Shown here: positions 49,589-59,762 of the stretch, piece after piece
Position numbering within the stretch: the first letter of the stretch is position 1
How the letters are laid out: every line of letters begins with the position of its first letter
Assembly: GCA_965209155.1 (NCBI GenBank)
Contig: OZ242383.1
Location: 1,408,001 to 1,472,000, forward strand
Source: a bacterium
GTDB lineage: Bacteria; SAR324; NAC60-12
Length of the DNA: 64,000 nucleotides
Reading direction: 5' to 3'
Notes under the pieces: generated by a model
Databases searched by the model: none
Told to the model about the DNA's origin: nothing
Seen by the model: the letters and a program-made list of their open reading frames with translations, nothing else
Program-made: the position numbers and the translations under genes

Positions 49589-50362
49589 ATGAAAAAATTC
49601 ATCTTATCGGGTTTATTGGTTCTGAGCGCGCCATCCGCTTTTGCGGCAGGTGGATTCACCTGGTCGCATTGGATGTTGGGGTTTCTGGAAGAACCGTTGG
49701 CAGCAATGGGCATCGATCCTCAACCTGTTTTGAATATGCTCTTCGTGATCGCAGGATTGATCGTATTTGCCTATTTTGGCGGCAAACCATTTCGACAATC
49801 GCAAATGCTTGAACCCTCCGGGAGAGCGGATTTTACGAATTTTGTCGAAGTGGTGATCAGAGGAATTTATAGTTTCCTTTCTGGAATTATCCAGCATGGA
49901 GTGGGGGCCCGACCTTTGTTTCCTTTACTGGGAACCTACGCCATGTTCATTTTATGCATGAATTTGTTGGGCTTGGTCCCCGGCTTCAATCCACCCACAG
50001 ACCAATTCAACGTCACCCTTCCCTTCGCCTTGATTGTTTTTGTCGTCACTCATTATCTGGGGATTAAAGTCCATGGATCCCGTTATCTCAAACAGTTCAC
50101 AGGACCCCTTTGGTGGTTAGCTCCGTTGATGCTTCCTATTGAATTGATCACGCATTGCGTGCGACCAATGTCTTTGTCGATTCGTCTTTTCGGAAACATG
50201 ACGGGTGATCACAAGGTTGTAGCAGTATTCACTGCTATACTTGCGGTTGGATTGCCCATTCCCTTTATGGGATTGGGAGTTCTTATTTCTGTTTTACAGG
50301 CATTTGTTTTTGTTTTATTGTCCGCAATTTATTTTGAAAGCGCGATGAGTGAAGCCCACTGA
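49589..50362 (+). CDS. atpB: ATP synthase F0 subunit a
   Basis: [19 protein letters not shown]. Confidence 0.96.
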   Translation: MKKFILSGLLVLSAPSAFAAGGFTWSHWMLGFLEEPLAAMGIDPQPVLNMLFVIAGLIVFAYFGGKPFRQSQMLEPSGRADFTNFVEVVIRGIYSFLSGIIQHGVGARPLFPLLGTYAMFILCMNLLGLVPGFNPPTDQFNVTLPFALIVFVVTHYLGIKVHGSRYLKQFTGPLWWLAPLMLPIELITHCVRPMSLSIRLFGNMTGDHKVVAVFTAILAVGLPIPFMGLGVLISVLQAFVFVLLSAIYFESAMSEAH

Positions 50363-50394
50363 TCGCAATCGACGAATCTTTATTTGGTTTAGTA

Positions 50395-50694
50395 ATGAAA
50401 AAAACAGCTCTTTTCACGTTTTTTATGGCAATTATCGCTGCCCCCTTGTATGCGGCAGAAGGTGAATTGGCAACTTTCGGATTGGCTTTGGGAGCAGGAT
50501 TGGCTGTTTCTCTGGCCGCCTTGGGTGGAGGAATTGGACAGGGAATCGCAGTCAATGCCGCCTTGGAAGGAATTGCTCGCAATCCCAATGCCTCCGACAA
50601 GATTTTTACTCCGATGATTGTGGGATTGGCTTTGATCGAATCACTGGTCATCTATGGTCTGGTCATCGCCTTCATTCTTCAAGGGAAAATATAG
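50395..50694 (+). CDS. atpE: ATP synthase F0 subunit c
   Basis: GGGIGQG, ARNP, IESLVIY. Confidence 0.96.
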   Translation: MKKTALFTFFMAIIAAPLYAAEGELATFGLALGAGLAVSLAALGGGIGQGIAVNAALEGIARNPNASDKIFTPMIVGLALIESLVIYGLVIAFILQGKI

Positions 50695-50697
50695 TGA

Positions 50698-50726
50698 TTC
50701 CGGGTCCGCTTCGGTGGACCTGGAAA
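50698..50726 (+). terminator. Hairpin after atpE
   Basis: ttccgggtccgc-ttcg-gtggacctggaa. Confidence 0.65.
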
Positions 50727-50829
50727 TACCCCTCCATTCAACTCTTATCTAAATATTTCTTCAAATGTCTTCAATTGCGCAAATCGGATTGAGAGCTTGA
50801 TTTTTAATAAGCACCACTTTGAATTTTGA

Positions 50830-50850
50830 GAAAATCCACAGTGGATTTTC
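50830..50850. promoter_or_regulatory. Perfect 21-bp palindrome, candidate operator
   Basis: gaaaatccac-a-gtggattttc, about 40 bp before the start codon. Confidence 0.6.
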
Positions 50851-50889
50851 ACACTTTCAACCAGAAATGAATAATAAAGGAAAAACAAA

Positions 50890-52578
50890 ATGTCCAGAAT
50901 GACCGGAGCTCGATTTTTTGCGGAAACCGTCCATGGTTATGGGGTCACCCATGTCTTCTTTATGCCCTATATCGCTCCAAGGGCGTTGATGGAAATGGAA
51001 AAGTTGGGGATTAAACGCGTACAGAGCCGAGGAGAAAAGGGAGCGGCCTACATGGCCGATGCCTATGCTCGGGTGAAACGTGGACCGGGCCTGTGTATGG
51101 CGCAGTCCGTCGGCGCGGTCAATCTGGCCGCGGGTTTACAGGACGCTTACCTGGCCTGTTCGCCGGTAATTGCAGTAACCGGAAGGGAATTCCAGCAGCA
51201 CCAACAACGCAATGCGTATCAGGAAGTCGATCACAGAAGTCCTTTCTCGGCAGTGACGAAATACAGCGCCTACCTGTCCACGCCGGAACAGCTTCCTACC
51301 TATTTACGTCAGGCTTTCCGTGCTGCAACGTCTGGTACGCCAAGACCGGTTCATCTCGACTTGGAGGGGCTTGCCGGGCAAAGCGTGATTGATAAGGAAG
51401 GTGACCTGGAAGTCGTTATAGAAGAGGGTTTCTCTCAACTCCCTCCCTTCCGACCTGTGGCAGAGAAGGAAAAAATCGAGTCGTCGCTCAAGCTGCTCAG
51501 TCAGGCGAAAAAGCCCATCATCGTCGCAGGAGGGGGTGTGACCGCTTCGGGAGCGCGAAACGAGCTGATAACCCTGGCCGAAAAACTTTCCATTCCAGTA
51601 GCGACTGCTTTGAACGCGAAGGCCATGTTTCCTGCAGATCATCCACTGGCAGTGGGTGTTCCGGGTCACTATTCACGAGATTGCGCCAATCAAGCTGTCT
51701 GTGAAGCAGATCTTGTTTTCTTCATTGGCAGTCGTTCCGGGGGACAGGTGACTTATTTTTACCGTATTCCTCCACAAGGAACACCAGTCATTCATCTCGA
51801 TATCAGCCCGGAAGAACTGGGCCGCAACTATGCCACCAAGGTGGGAATGCAGGGTGATGTGCGGAACACGTTGCGCTCTATGATCGAGCTTGCAGAACCA
51901 ACTGAACCTCGTACGGGATGGCTCAACCGGGTGCAGGAACTGGTGAAAGCCTGGAAAGAAAGCGTCAGTGAAGTGTTCAATTCGGACGTCTTACCCATGC
52001 GACCGGAACGTCTCTGCCGGGAAATTTCCGATTGCTTGCCCTCCGACGCGATCCTGGTCTCCGATACCGGTCATTCGGGAATCTGGACTGGTACCATGAT
52101 TGACTTGAAACATCCGGGACAAAGCTTTATCCGCTGCGCAGGTTCACTCGGGTGGGGACTCCCTGCTGCCGTGGGAGCCAAATGCGCCGCACCGGACAGA
52201 CCCGTGCTCTGTTTCATCGGCGATGGTGGCATCTGGTACCACCTTTCAGATTTGGAAACCGCAAAACGGTGTGGCATCAACCCGGTCATCCTGGTCAACG
52301 ACAATCATTCCTTGAACCAGGAGCAGGGTGGTGTCGAGGAAATCTATGGTGGGAGATCAGCAGGTTCTGATGAACTCTGGCTTTTTCCCGAAGTCGACTT
52401 CGCCAGGATTGCTGAGTCGATGGGATGTTTCGGAGTCGTCGTAAACAAACCCAGTGAACTATCCGGTGCTTTGGATCAAGCCTTTTCTGCCGGGAAACCG
52501 GCTGTGGTTGACGTCAAAACACACCTCGAAGGGATTGCTCCACAACCCTATCTACCCGAGGGTAAGCATGAACCTTGA
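50890..52578 (+). CDS. ThDP-dependent enzyme (acetolactate synthase-like)
   Basis: AAYMADAYAR, GDGG...NDN ThDP motif. Confidence 0.92.
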   Translation: MSRMTGARFFAETVHGYGVTHVFFMPYIAPRALMEMEKLGIKRVQSRGEKGAAYMADAYARVKRGPGLCMAQSVGAVNLAAGLQDAYLACSPVIAVTGREFQQHQQRNAYQEVDHRSPFSAVTKYSAYLSTPEQLPTYLRQAFRAATSGTPRPVHLDLEGLAGQSVIDKEGDLEVVIEEGFSQLPPFRPVAEKEKIESSLKLLSQAKKPIIVAGGGVTASGARNELITLAEKLSIPVATALNAKAMFPADHPLAVGVPGHYSRDCANQAVCEADLVFFIGSRSGGQVTYFYRIPPQGTPVIHLDISPEELGRNYATKVGMQGDVRNTLRSMIELAEPTEPRTGWLNRVQELVKAWKESVSEVFNSDVLPMRPERLCREISDCLPSDAILVSDTGHSGIWTGTMIDLKHPGQSFIRCAGSLGWGLPAAVGAKCAAPDRPVLCFIGDGGIWYHLSDLETAKRCGINPVILVNDNHSLNQEQGGVEEIYGGRSAGSDELWLFPEVDFARIAESMGCFGVVVNKPSELSGALDQAFSAGKPAVVDVKTHLEGIAPQPYLPEGKHEP

Positions 52579-53506
52579 CGATATTGAAAAAGCAAGTGTG
52601 ATTGGTGGTGGAATAATGGGCTTCGGCATTGCCATCAACTTTGCTCGCAATGGTTTTCCCACCGTCATTCACGACTTGAATGACGAAACCCTGGAACGAT
52701 CGAAAAAGTTGGTTCAATCCGCCTTGACTCTCTTTGTCGACGAGGAATTGATTTCTCAAGCCCAAGCCGATGACGCCGCGAGTCGTATCCGCTGGACCAC
52801 CGATTTGGAAGAGGCTGCTGCAAGTGATTTTATCACCGAAGCCATTGTTGAACGCTTAAAAGACAAGCAAAAACTCTTCAATACCCTGGACAAACTCTGC
52901 CCCCCGCATACCATTATTGTGAGCAACACTTCAGGTCTGGTAATGAGCGATATCGGCGCAGGTGCGCAACGGCAGGACAAAATTGCGGTGACCCACTATT
53001 TTGCGCCTCCCCACATCGTACCCGGAGTGGAAGTGGCAAAGGGACCTGGCACGAGTGAGGAAACATACGAGCTCACTTATAACCTGATGAAGAAAGTGAA
53101 GAAAATTCCGATCAGGGTACTCAAAGAGCGGCCAGGCTATCTTCTCAATCGCATGCAAAGTGCATTGAGTAGAGAAGTCCTTCGTTTGTGGGCCGAGGGG
53201 GTGGCAACGGCGGAAGAGATCGAACTCGGCATCAAAACGACCTTTGGTTTTCGCATGCCCCATGAGGGCTCGATGGGGCACTATGACGTGAGTGGCTACT
53301 GGAAATGGCCGGCCGACGTTCGCACCCCCTGGCTATTCAAACCGGATACCTCGCCTGTCGATGAATACACAAAAAAAATCAGGACTCGTATGGAAGAAGG
53401 AAAACCCTGGTTTTTTGCGCCGGAGCAGTTTGAAGAAGCCTTGGAAAAAAGAGATCGAGAGTACATTCAACGCCTGAAATCACTGTATGGCTCCGATCTC
53501 GCATGA
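52568..53506 (+). CDS. 3-hydroxyacyl-CoA dehydrogenase family protein
   Basis: GGGIMG, EAIVE, SNTS, HYFAP. Confidence 0.9.
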   Translation: MNLDDIEKASVIGGGIMGFGIAINFARNGFPTVIHDLNDETLERSKKLVQSALTLFVDEELISQAQADDAASRIRWTTDLEEAAASDFITEAIVERLKDKQKLFNTLDKLCPPHTIIVSNTSGLVMSDIGAGAQRQDKIAVTHYFAPPHIVPGVEVAKGPGTSEETYELTYNLMKKVKKIPIRVLKERPGYLLNRMQSALSREVLRLWAEGVATAEEIELGIKTTFGFRMPHEGSMGHYDVSGYWKWPADVRTPWLFKPDTSPVDEYTKKIRTRMEEGKPWFFAPEQFEEALEKRDREYIQRLKSLYGSDLA

Positions 53507-53539
53507 CCCCTGTCCGAACAATAATTAATAGGTGTCCGC

Positions 53540-53842
53540 TTACCAGTTGAAAGGGTTGATCAGCCGTGCCAGGAGGCCTCGTTTGCGTTTCTTTGTGGCG
53601 CCGTAACTGCCCTCTCTACAGCGCAGTCGGGGATCGAGCAGGTCCCTGAGGGCATCTCCGAACATGTTGAGGGAGTAGACGACCAGCGTGAGGAAAAGCC
53701 CCGGCCAGAGCGCATGTTCCATGACCCTGCGCCATTCGCGGCTGAGCATGCCTCCCCAGCTGGGAATCTTGATGGGTAGCCCGAATCCGAGGAAGCTCAG
53801 CGAGGCTTCGGCAATAATGACGCCGCCGATGTTGATGGAGAA
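53540..53842 (-). pseudogene. OppC/DppC permease 3' fragment
   Basis: FSINIGGVIIAEASLSFLG; small internal deletion relative to the 54571 copy. Confidence 0.88.
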
Positions 53843-54109
53843 TTTGAATGGGACGAAAGTAAGAATAAAGAAAATATTCGAAACCATGGCCTCGACTTTA
53901 AAGACGCACGCGAAGTCTCTGATGGACCTCGCTTTACCCTTGATGATTTACGTTTTGACTATAGCGAGGCACGTTCCATCACCATCGGATTTTCTAATAA
54001 TCGTGTGGTGGTCGTTGCCTACACAGAATTAGAAGATTCCATTAGAATCATCTCAATGAGAAAAGCTAATGCCAAGGAAAAAAAGATCTTCACAAAGCGA
54101 TTGGGCTAG
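53840..54109 (+). pseudogene. BrnT-family toxin lacking an in-frame start
   Basis: EFEWDESKNKENIRNHGLDF...RIISMRKANAKE; ATG out of frame at the junction with the oppC fragment. Confidence 0.85.
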
Positions 54110-54335
54110 AGTTGATACGATGAGCGATACAGCTATTGATTATTCCGAGATTGCAGAATTGGGTGATGAATTCTGGAAAAATGCCCAATTGATCATGCCA
54201 GAAAATAAGATCAAGGTAACGATGCGGCTTGACCCAGATGTTATGAACTGGTTCAAAAGTCAAGGGAAGGGGTACCAAACAAAGATTAATGCAGTATTGA
54301 AATCCTATATTGAAGCTCACTCCAAAGCATCATAA
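54069..54335 (+). CDS. BrnA-family antitoxin
   Basis: IDYSEIAEL..FW..VTMRLDPDVMNWFK..GYQTKINAVL. Confidence 0.92.
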   Translation: MPRKKRSSQSDWARVDTMSDTAIDYSEIAELGDEFWKNAQLIMPENKIKVTMRLDPDVMNWFKSQGKGYQTKINAVLKSYIEAHSKAS

Positions 54336-54343
54336 AAAACACC

Positions 54344-54418
54344 AGATAACAATAGGATAAACTGTACTCGAGGGGCACTTTTTGCTTCCCTCGAATACGG
54401 TTATCCTGAACATTAGCA
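54344..54418 (+). other. Degenerate integron attC-like site
   Basis: agataac-aat-aggataaactgtactcgaggg...ccctcgaatacggttatcct-gaac-attagc; one extra base in the left arm; GTT changed to ATT. Confidence 0.65.
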
Positions 54419-54570
54419 CTATGAATAATCCAGGTCTAAAAAAGGAATAGGTTCTCTCGGGCCTGATTCTTCCCAATGACCAAACTTGACGCAGAAGAAA
54501 AGACAGCGATTCTTAGGAAGGAAAATGGGATGGGTTCCTCCCCGTTTTCACAAGGACAAGTTTTGTGTGC

Positions 54571-55186
54571 TTACCGCTGAAAAGGGTTGATCAGTCGGGC
54601 CAGGAGACTTCGTTTGCGTTTCCCTGTGGTGCCGTAACGACCGCTCCCACCCCGCAGCCTGGGGTCGAACAGGTCCCTGAGGGCGTCACCGAACATATTG
54701 AGGGAGTAGACGGTAATCGTCAGGCATAGCCCGGGCCAGAGCGCCAGCCATGGTGCTTGCTCCATGTACTTCCGCCCTTCCCGGCTGAGCAGACTTCCCC
54801 AGCTGGGAATCTCGACGGGCAGCCCGTATCCGAGAAAGCTCAGTGAGGCCTCGGCAATGATGACGCCGCCAATGTTGATCGAGAAGACGATGAGGATCGG
54901 CGCCATAATATTAGGCAGGACATGGCGTAAGAGGATTTGGTTCGTGGAGGTGCCCACGGCTTTGGCTGCCAGAAAATAGTCATTCTCTTTGACACCAATC
55001 ACCGCCCCTCGGACGACGCGGGAACCGCTGATGCCTCCGGTGATGCCCAGGACCACGATGACCTGGAGGAGCCCCTCTCCCACAAGCGACATGATGGTTA
55101 GCAACACAAGCAGTCCCGGGAAGGCCATCCAGGCATCGACAAAGCGCTGCACCGCCAGGTCCACTTTCCCCCCCAGGAATCCGGAG
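54571..55186 (-). pseudogene. OppC/DppC permease, 5'-truncated copy
   Basis: Begins at GFLGGKVDLAVQRFVD. Confidence 0.85.
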
Positions 55187-55239
55187 TGGAGTTCCCATTT
55201 CGGTATGATGAAATTCTCAAAAAAGTGTCTGTAAAAATT

Positions 55240-56190
55240 TTATCCTTTCTTTCTTTTCTCACGTAGTTTCATTGCCCTTTTCGAACCACCAAAACCTCCG
55301 GTACTGCCTCTCAGCCGGGGATCCAGCAAATCTCGCAATGCGTCCCCAAACATGTTGACTCCATAAACGACGGCAACGAGACAGAGCCCGGGCCACAACG
55401 CCAGACGGGGGGCCATCTCCATATACTGGCGTCCTTCCCTGCTGAGCAACCCCCCCCAGCTGGGCACCTCCGGGGGTAAACCGAAGCCGAGAAAGCTGAG
55501 TGCCGCTTCAGACATGATGACGGCGCCGATGTTGATTGAAAAGATAATGATGATGGGAGGCATGATATTGGGTAAGACATGTCGCTTCAGCGTTTGACTG
55601 AGGGGAGTGCCCACTGCTTTGGCTGCCAGGAAGTAGTCGTTTTCTTTAATTGAGATGACGGCGCTCCTCACGATCCTCGAGTTACCGATGCCATACGAAA
55701 CCCCTAAAACCACTATGATCTGCAAGACCCCTTGACCCACAACGGACATGACCGTCAACAACAAAAGCAGTCCGGGAAAAGACATCCAGGCATCAACGAA
55801 TCGCTGAATGGCCAGGTCGAATTTTCCACCAAGGAAACCGGCAACCCCACCAACTAAAACCGAAACCAGAATACTGAGCGCAGTTGCCGATACGCCGACA
55901 AGGGATGAATGGCGAGCTCCATAAATGATGCGGCTTAAAAAATCTCGTCCCAATTGATCCGTTCCCAGAAGGTACTTGGTAGACGAGTCTTGAAGCCTGT
56001 CTATCAAATGGATTTCATTATAAGCAAAGGGTGCCAATACGTGAGCGAAGATACTGACAAGAATGAATATCAGAATTATTACGCCACCCACGGTGCCAAG
56101 AGGCTTTTCCTTTACCAGTCTTCTTAATAACTCGAGAATGACAGATTCTCTCTTTTCAGTTTCAACTGTCTCAATGGGGCGATCAGTCAT
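55240..56190 (-). CDS. Peptide/nickel ABC permease (OppC/DppC)
   Basis: LGTDQLGRD, HVLPNI, GDALRDLLDPR. Confidence 0.93.
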   Translation of the reverse strand: MTDRPIETVETEKRESVILELLRRLVKEKPLGTVGGVIILIFILVSIFAHVLAPFAYNEIHLIDRLQDSSTKYLLGTDQLGRDFLSRIIYGARHSSLVGVSATALSILVSVLVGGVAGFLGGKFDLAIQRFVDAWMSFPGLLLLLTVMSVVGQGVLQIIVVLGVSYGIGNSRIVRSAVISIKENDYFLAAKAVGTPLSQTLKRHVLPNIMPPIIIIFSINIGAVIMSEAALSFLGFGLPPEVPSWGGLLSREGRQYMEMAPRLALWPGLCLVAVVYGVNMFGDALRDLLDPRLRGSTGGFGGSKRAMKLREKRKKG

Positions 56191-56217
56191 TTGATTTCTC
56201 CTCTCTCGTTTTTTTGT

Positions 56218-57174
56218 TTATTTATATCGTACTCTCGGGTCCAAATAAGGATATATCAAATCAGTCAGAAGATTGCCTCCCATCACCAGGGAGGCAAAGA
56301 GTAAATTGACTCCTGAGACAACGGGATAGTCCCGGTCGGTGAGGGCATCCAGTAAAAGACGACCCAAACCCGGCAAGGCAAAGATATTTTCGATGATCAC
56401 GGAACCGCCCACCAGGATCGGAAGATGCAGTCCAATCAAGGTGATCACCGGAATGAGGGCATTTTTAACAGCATGTCTGACAATCACTATGCGTTCCTTG
56501 AGACCCTTGGCCCAGGCCGTACGAATATAATCCTGACGCAGAACTTCGAGCATCATCGTGCGCGTCAAACGCATGATGCTTGCCGAAAAATGGGTTCCCA
56601 GAATCAAACAGGGAATGATGAAGGTGGAAAGATGTTTCACCGGATCTTCCGTGAATGGAACCAATTCCATGGGAGGAGACCAGGCCCACCAGATGGCCGG
56701 GTAAATCATCACCATGGTAGCAAGCCAGAAGTCGGGCGTTGCCAGGCCGATGATGGCGACAGAACGCCCCACGTAGTCGCCGGCCGTGTCTTGTAGTATC
56801 GCCGAATAGATGCCGACGGGTACTGCGATCAGGATGGCGATTGCAATGGCGAGCAGTCCCAACTCGATTGTCAGTGGCAACCTGCCGAATACCTTTTCTT
56901 CTACCGTCCAACCGCCCAACAAGGACTCTCCCATAGTACCCTGGAACAATATCCCTCCCATCCATTTTCCATACTGTACGTGGACAGGCTGGTCCAATCC
57001 CAACATCTTCTCGAGGGCCTCCCGGTCAATGTCTCCCGCCATGTATTGCATACGACCCACCATGGCATCGATGACATCGCCCGGAATGAAGCGTACCGAG
57101 AGAAAGACGAGAATGGTTAATAAAATCCAGGTGGGGATGAGCAGCAATATTCGCCTGAGGATATAAGCTTTCAT
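56218..57174 (-). CDS. Peptide/nickel ABC permease (OppB/DppB)
   Basis: DYIRTAWAKGL, HAVKNA, LDPRVRY. Confidence 0.93.
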   Translation of the reverse strand: MKAYILRRILLLIPTWILLTILVFLSVRFIPGDVIDAMVGRMQYMAGDIDREALEKMLGLDQPVHVQYGKWMGGILFQGTMGESLLGGWTVEEKVFGRLPLTIELGLLAIAIAILIAVPVGIYSAILQDTAGDYVGRSVAIIGLATPDFWLATMVMIYPAIWWAWSPPMELVPFTEDPVKHLSTFIIPCLILGTHFSASIMRLTRTMMLEVLRQDYIRTAWAKGLKERIVIVRHAVKNALIPVITLIGLHLPILVGGSVIIENIFALPGLGRLLLDALTDRDYPVVSGVNLLFASLVMGGNLLTDLIYPYLDPRVRYK

Positions 57175-57261
57175 GTCTTAAGCCTTTCTATTGTTTGAGG
57201 ATCTCCACGCAATCGCTTGACTATCAGCGTGCGAGGATTCCCTGATTTTTTCCCTCTTTCT

Positions 57262-58317
57262 TCATGGTGAGACCAGGGTCGGATCGTGGGCAACGCGAAC
57301 GACGAGCTTGCCAAAATTCTCACCCCTGAGCAGTCCGATCAGGGCTTGCGGAGCTTTTTCCAATCCATCTACGAAGTCTTCTCGAAAACGCAGTTTTCCG
57401 TCCTGGATCCATTGCGACAGACTGTTGAAGGCTTCTTGTTCCTGGTCGGCATAATCTCGCACGATGAAGCCACGAAATGTCAATCGCTTCGTCAGAATTT
57501 GGCGCAGGAGCATGGGCACCTGGTTCGGTCCACCAGGCAAGGCGGTGGCATTTGCAATGGCAACGGTTCCGCAGACTGGAATCCGCGCAAAATTATTGAA
57601 GTGAGGCAGCACCGTTTCAAATACTTTACCAGCGACGTTTTCGAAATAAACATCAATCCCACCAGGACAAGCGGCTGCCACTTGCCCTGCAAAATTGGCA
57701 TCCCGGTGATTGAGACAAGCATCGAATCCCAGTTCGTCTGTGACAAACTTACATTTTTCTGCGGATCCGGCAATACCTACTGTACGCGCCTCTTTAATTT
57801 TAGCGATCTGCCCGACGACGGATCCCACAGCTCCGGATGCGGCGGCAACTACAACCGTCTCTCCTTTCTTTGGTTTGCCGATGTTGATCAATCCCGTATA
57901 GGCAGTCATACCCGGCATTCCCAGCACACCCACGGCCGTTGAAATCGGTCCTTCCGCGGGATCAACCTTGCGGAGCGCCTTGCCCGGTAATGAGAAATAT
58001 TCTTGCCAGCCGCCGGAACCCACAACGATCTCTCCTTCCGAAAAGTCCGGATGCCTCGACTCGACCACTTGTCCTACCGTACCACCTTCCATCACCTCTC
58101 CGAGTTCCACTGGATTGGCGTAGTTCTTCCCCGCATTCATCCGCCCTCGCATATAAGGATCCAGGGATAGGTAAATCGTACGACTCAAGACCTGACCGTC
58201 ATTCAGAGAGGGTATGGAAAACTCAGCCAACTTGAAATCGCTCGTAGTGGGTTCCCCTTCCGGACGGGAAACCAAGAGGATTCGACGGTTCATGGAAACA
58301 GTCATTTCTTTCTCCAC
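57262..58317 (-). CDS. NADP-dependent oxidoreductase (CurA/YncB, prostaglandin reductase-like)
   Basis: SLDPYMRGRM, AASGAVG, GENFGKLVV. Confidence 0.92.
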   Translation of the reverse strand: MEKEMTVSMNRRILLVSRPEGEPTTSDFKLAEFSIPSLNDGQVLSRTIYLSLDPYMRGRMNAGKNYANPVELGEVMEGGTVGQVVESRHPDFSEGEIVVGSGGWQEYFSLPGKALRKVDPAEGPISTAVGVLGMPGMTAYTGLINIGKPKKGETVVVAAASGAVGSVVGQIAKIKEARTVGIAGSAEKCKFVTDELGFDACLNHRDANFAGQVAAACPGGIDVYFENVAGKVFETVLPHFNNFARIPVCGTVAIANATALPGGPNQVPMLLRQILTKRLTFRGFIVRDYADQEQEAFNSLSQWIQDGKLRFREDFVDGLEKAPQALIGLLRGENFGKLVVRVAHDPTLVSP

Positions 58318-59424
58318 TCAAGCAAGGGTGAGCACGCCGCGATTGATCCGCCCGGCGAGCATGTCTGCATAAACTTCGTTGATCTGGTCCAAAGGAGAAC
58401 GACGTGAGATCAACTCGTCGAGTTTGAGTCGACCCGATTTGTACAACTGGATGATCCTGGGAAAATCCCGTTGACAGTTGCCGGTACCATAAAAACAGCC
58501 CAATACCCGGGTTTCCTGGTGGTGCATACGGAAGGTGTCGAATGTGACTTTCGCATCATGAGGTGCCACCCCAACCAAGGTCAGCGTGCCACCCCGTCTC
58601 AACGAGTAAATCGCCTTTTCCTGGACTGCCGGGTTGCCCGTGGCATCGAGCACGTGGTCCATACCACGCCCATTGGTGAGATCGAGCAGGGCTTGAGAAG
58701 TATCTTCCCTCGCATCCAGCGTATGTGTGGCGCCAAATTCTCGAGCGCTGTCGAACTTACCGGGAACCGTGTCGATCCCCACAATGATCTCCGCTCCACA
58801 GAGGGCAGCCCCTTGCAGAATATTGAGGCCAATTCCACCACAACCAAAGACTGCTACGGTCTCCCCAGGTCGAATCTGCGCCGTATACACTGAAGCGCCT
58901 ACACCCGTCATCACGGCGCAACCAACGAGCGAAGCAGACTCCATCGACACTTCAGGGTCGAGAGGAATACAAGCCTGTTCCGGCACGACGGCGTATTCAG
59001 CAAAAGTAGAATGGGTAGAAAACTGGGTCAAGGCATTGCCACCCAACCTCAGCCGGGTTGTACCATCCATTGCGGTTCCTTTTTCCAGAAAAGGTCGATA
59101 AGTCTCACACATGTTAGGCCGTTCACGTTGACAAAAAAAACATGTCCCACAAGCTGGAAACCAGGACAACATCACAGGGTCTCCTGGTGAAAATTTATTC
59201 ACTCCCTGCCCCAACTCTTCAACTACGCCAGCCCCTTCATGACCCAGCACGGCAGGAAAGGCTTTGGGAATTTCACCCATCACCTGGTGCCAATCACTGT
59301 GACAGGCTCCGCTTGCGGCGATGCGTACCAGTAATTCTCCTGGACCCGGGTCCTGAATATCGATCGTCTCTATGACAAATGGGCCACCTCGCTGGTGAAC
59401 CACGGCTGCTTTTGCGGTTTTCAT
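58318..59424 (-). CDS. Zn-dependent alcohol dehydrogenase
   Basis: CHSD, GHEGAG, CGTCFFC..C, GCGGIG. Confidence 0.93.
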   Translation of the reverse strand: MKTAKAAVVHQRGGPFVIETIDIQDPGPGELLVRIAASGACHSDWHQVMGEIPKAFPAVLGHEGAGVVEELGQGVNKFSPGDPVMLSWFPACGTCFFCQRERPNMCETYRPFLEKGTAMDGTTRLRLGGNALTQFSTHSTFAEYAVVPEQACIPLDPEVSMESASLVGCAVMTGVGASVYTAQIRPGETVAVFGCGGIGLNILQGAALCGAEIIVGIDTVPGKFDSAREFGATHTLDAREDTSQALLDLTNGRGMDHVLDATGNPAVQEKAIYSLRRGGTLTLVGVAPHDAKVTFDTFRMHHQETRVLGCFYGTGNCQRDFPRIIQLYKSGRLKLDELISRRSPLDQINEVYADMLAGRINRGVLTLA

Positions 59425-59464
59425 ATCGGCTCTCCATAAATTATTGAATTTAAAATTTACTGGT

Positions 59465-59655
59465 AACGTGAATCAGGAGTTAAAAAACGTGTCATTCCTG
59501 GCTTGACCAGGAAACCAGGGGGATACGGGCGATATTTTGGATACCGGATCATCCTGGTCCCGGATCAAGTCCGGGATGATCTGGAACCGGCATGACACAT
59601 CATAATTATCAAATGATTGATTTTATAAATTAAATTTCAACTCCTGATTCGCATT
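59465..59655. mobile_element. MITE-like shell with nested palindromic core
   Basis: IR aacgtgaatcaggagttaaaa / tttcaactcctgattcgcatt; core 59490-59597 matches 27775-27881. Confidence 0.8.
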
Positions 59656-59762
59656 GTTTCTAATCGAATAGAATCGATATTTTATTCAAAACTCAAACTA
59701 CTCCTCTCCCTATTCGCTTGTCAATAATTTTTTATTGTTTCCAATCTTCTATGGTGAAATAT

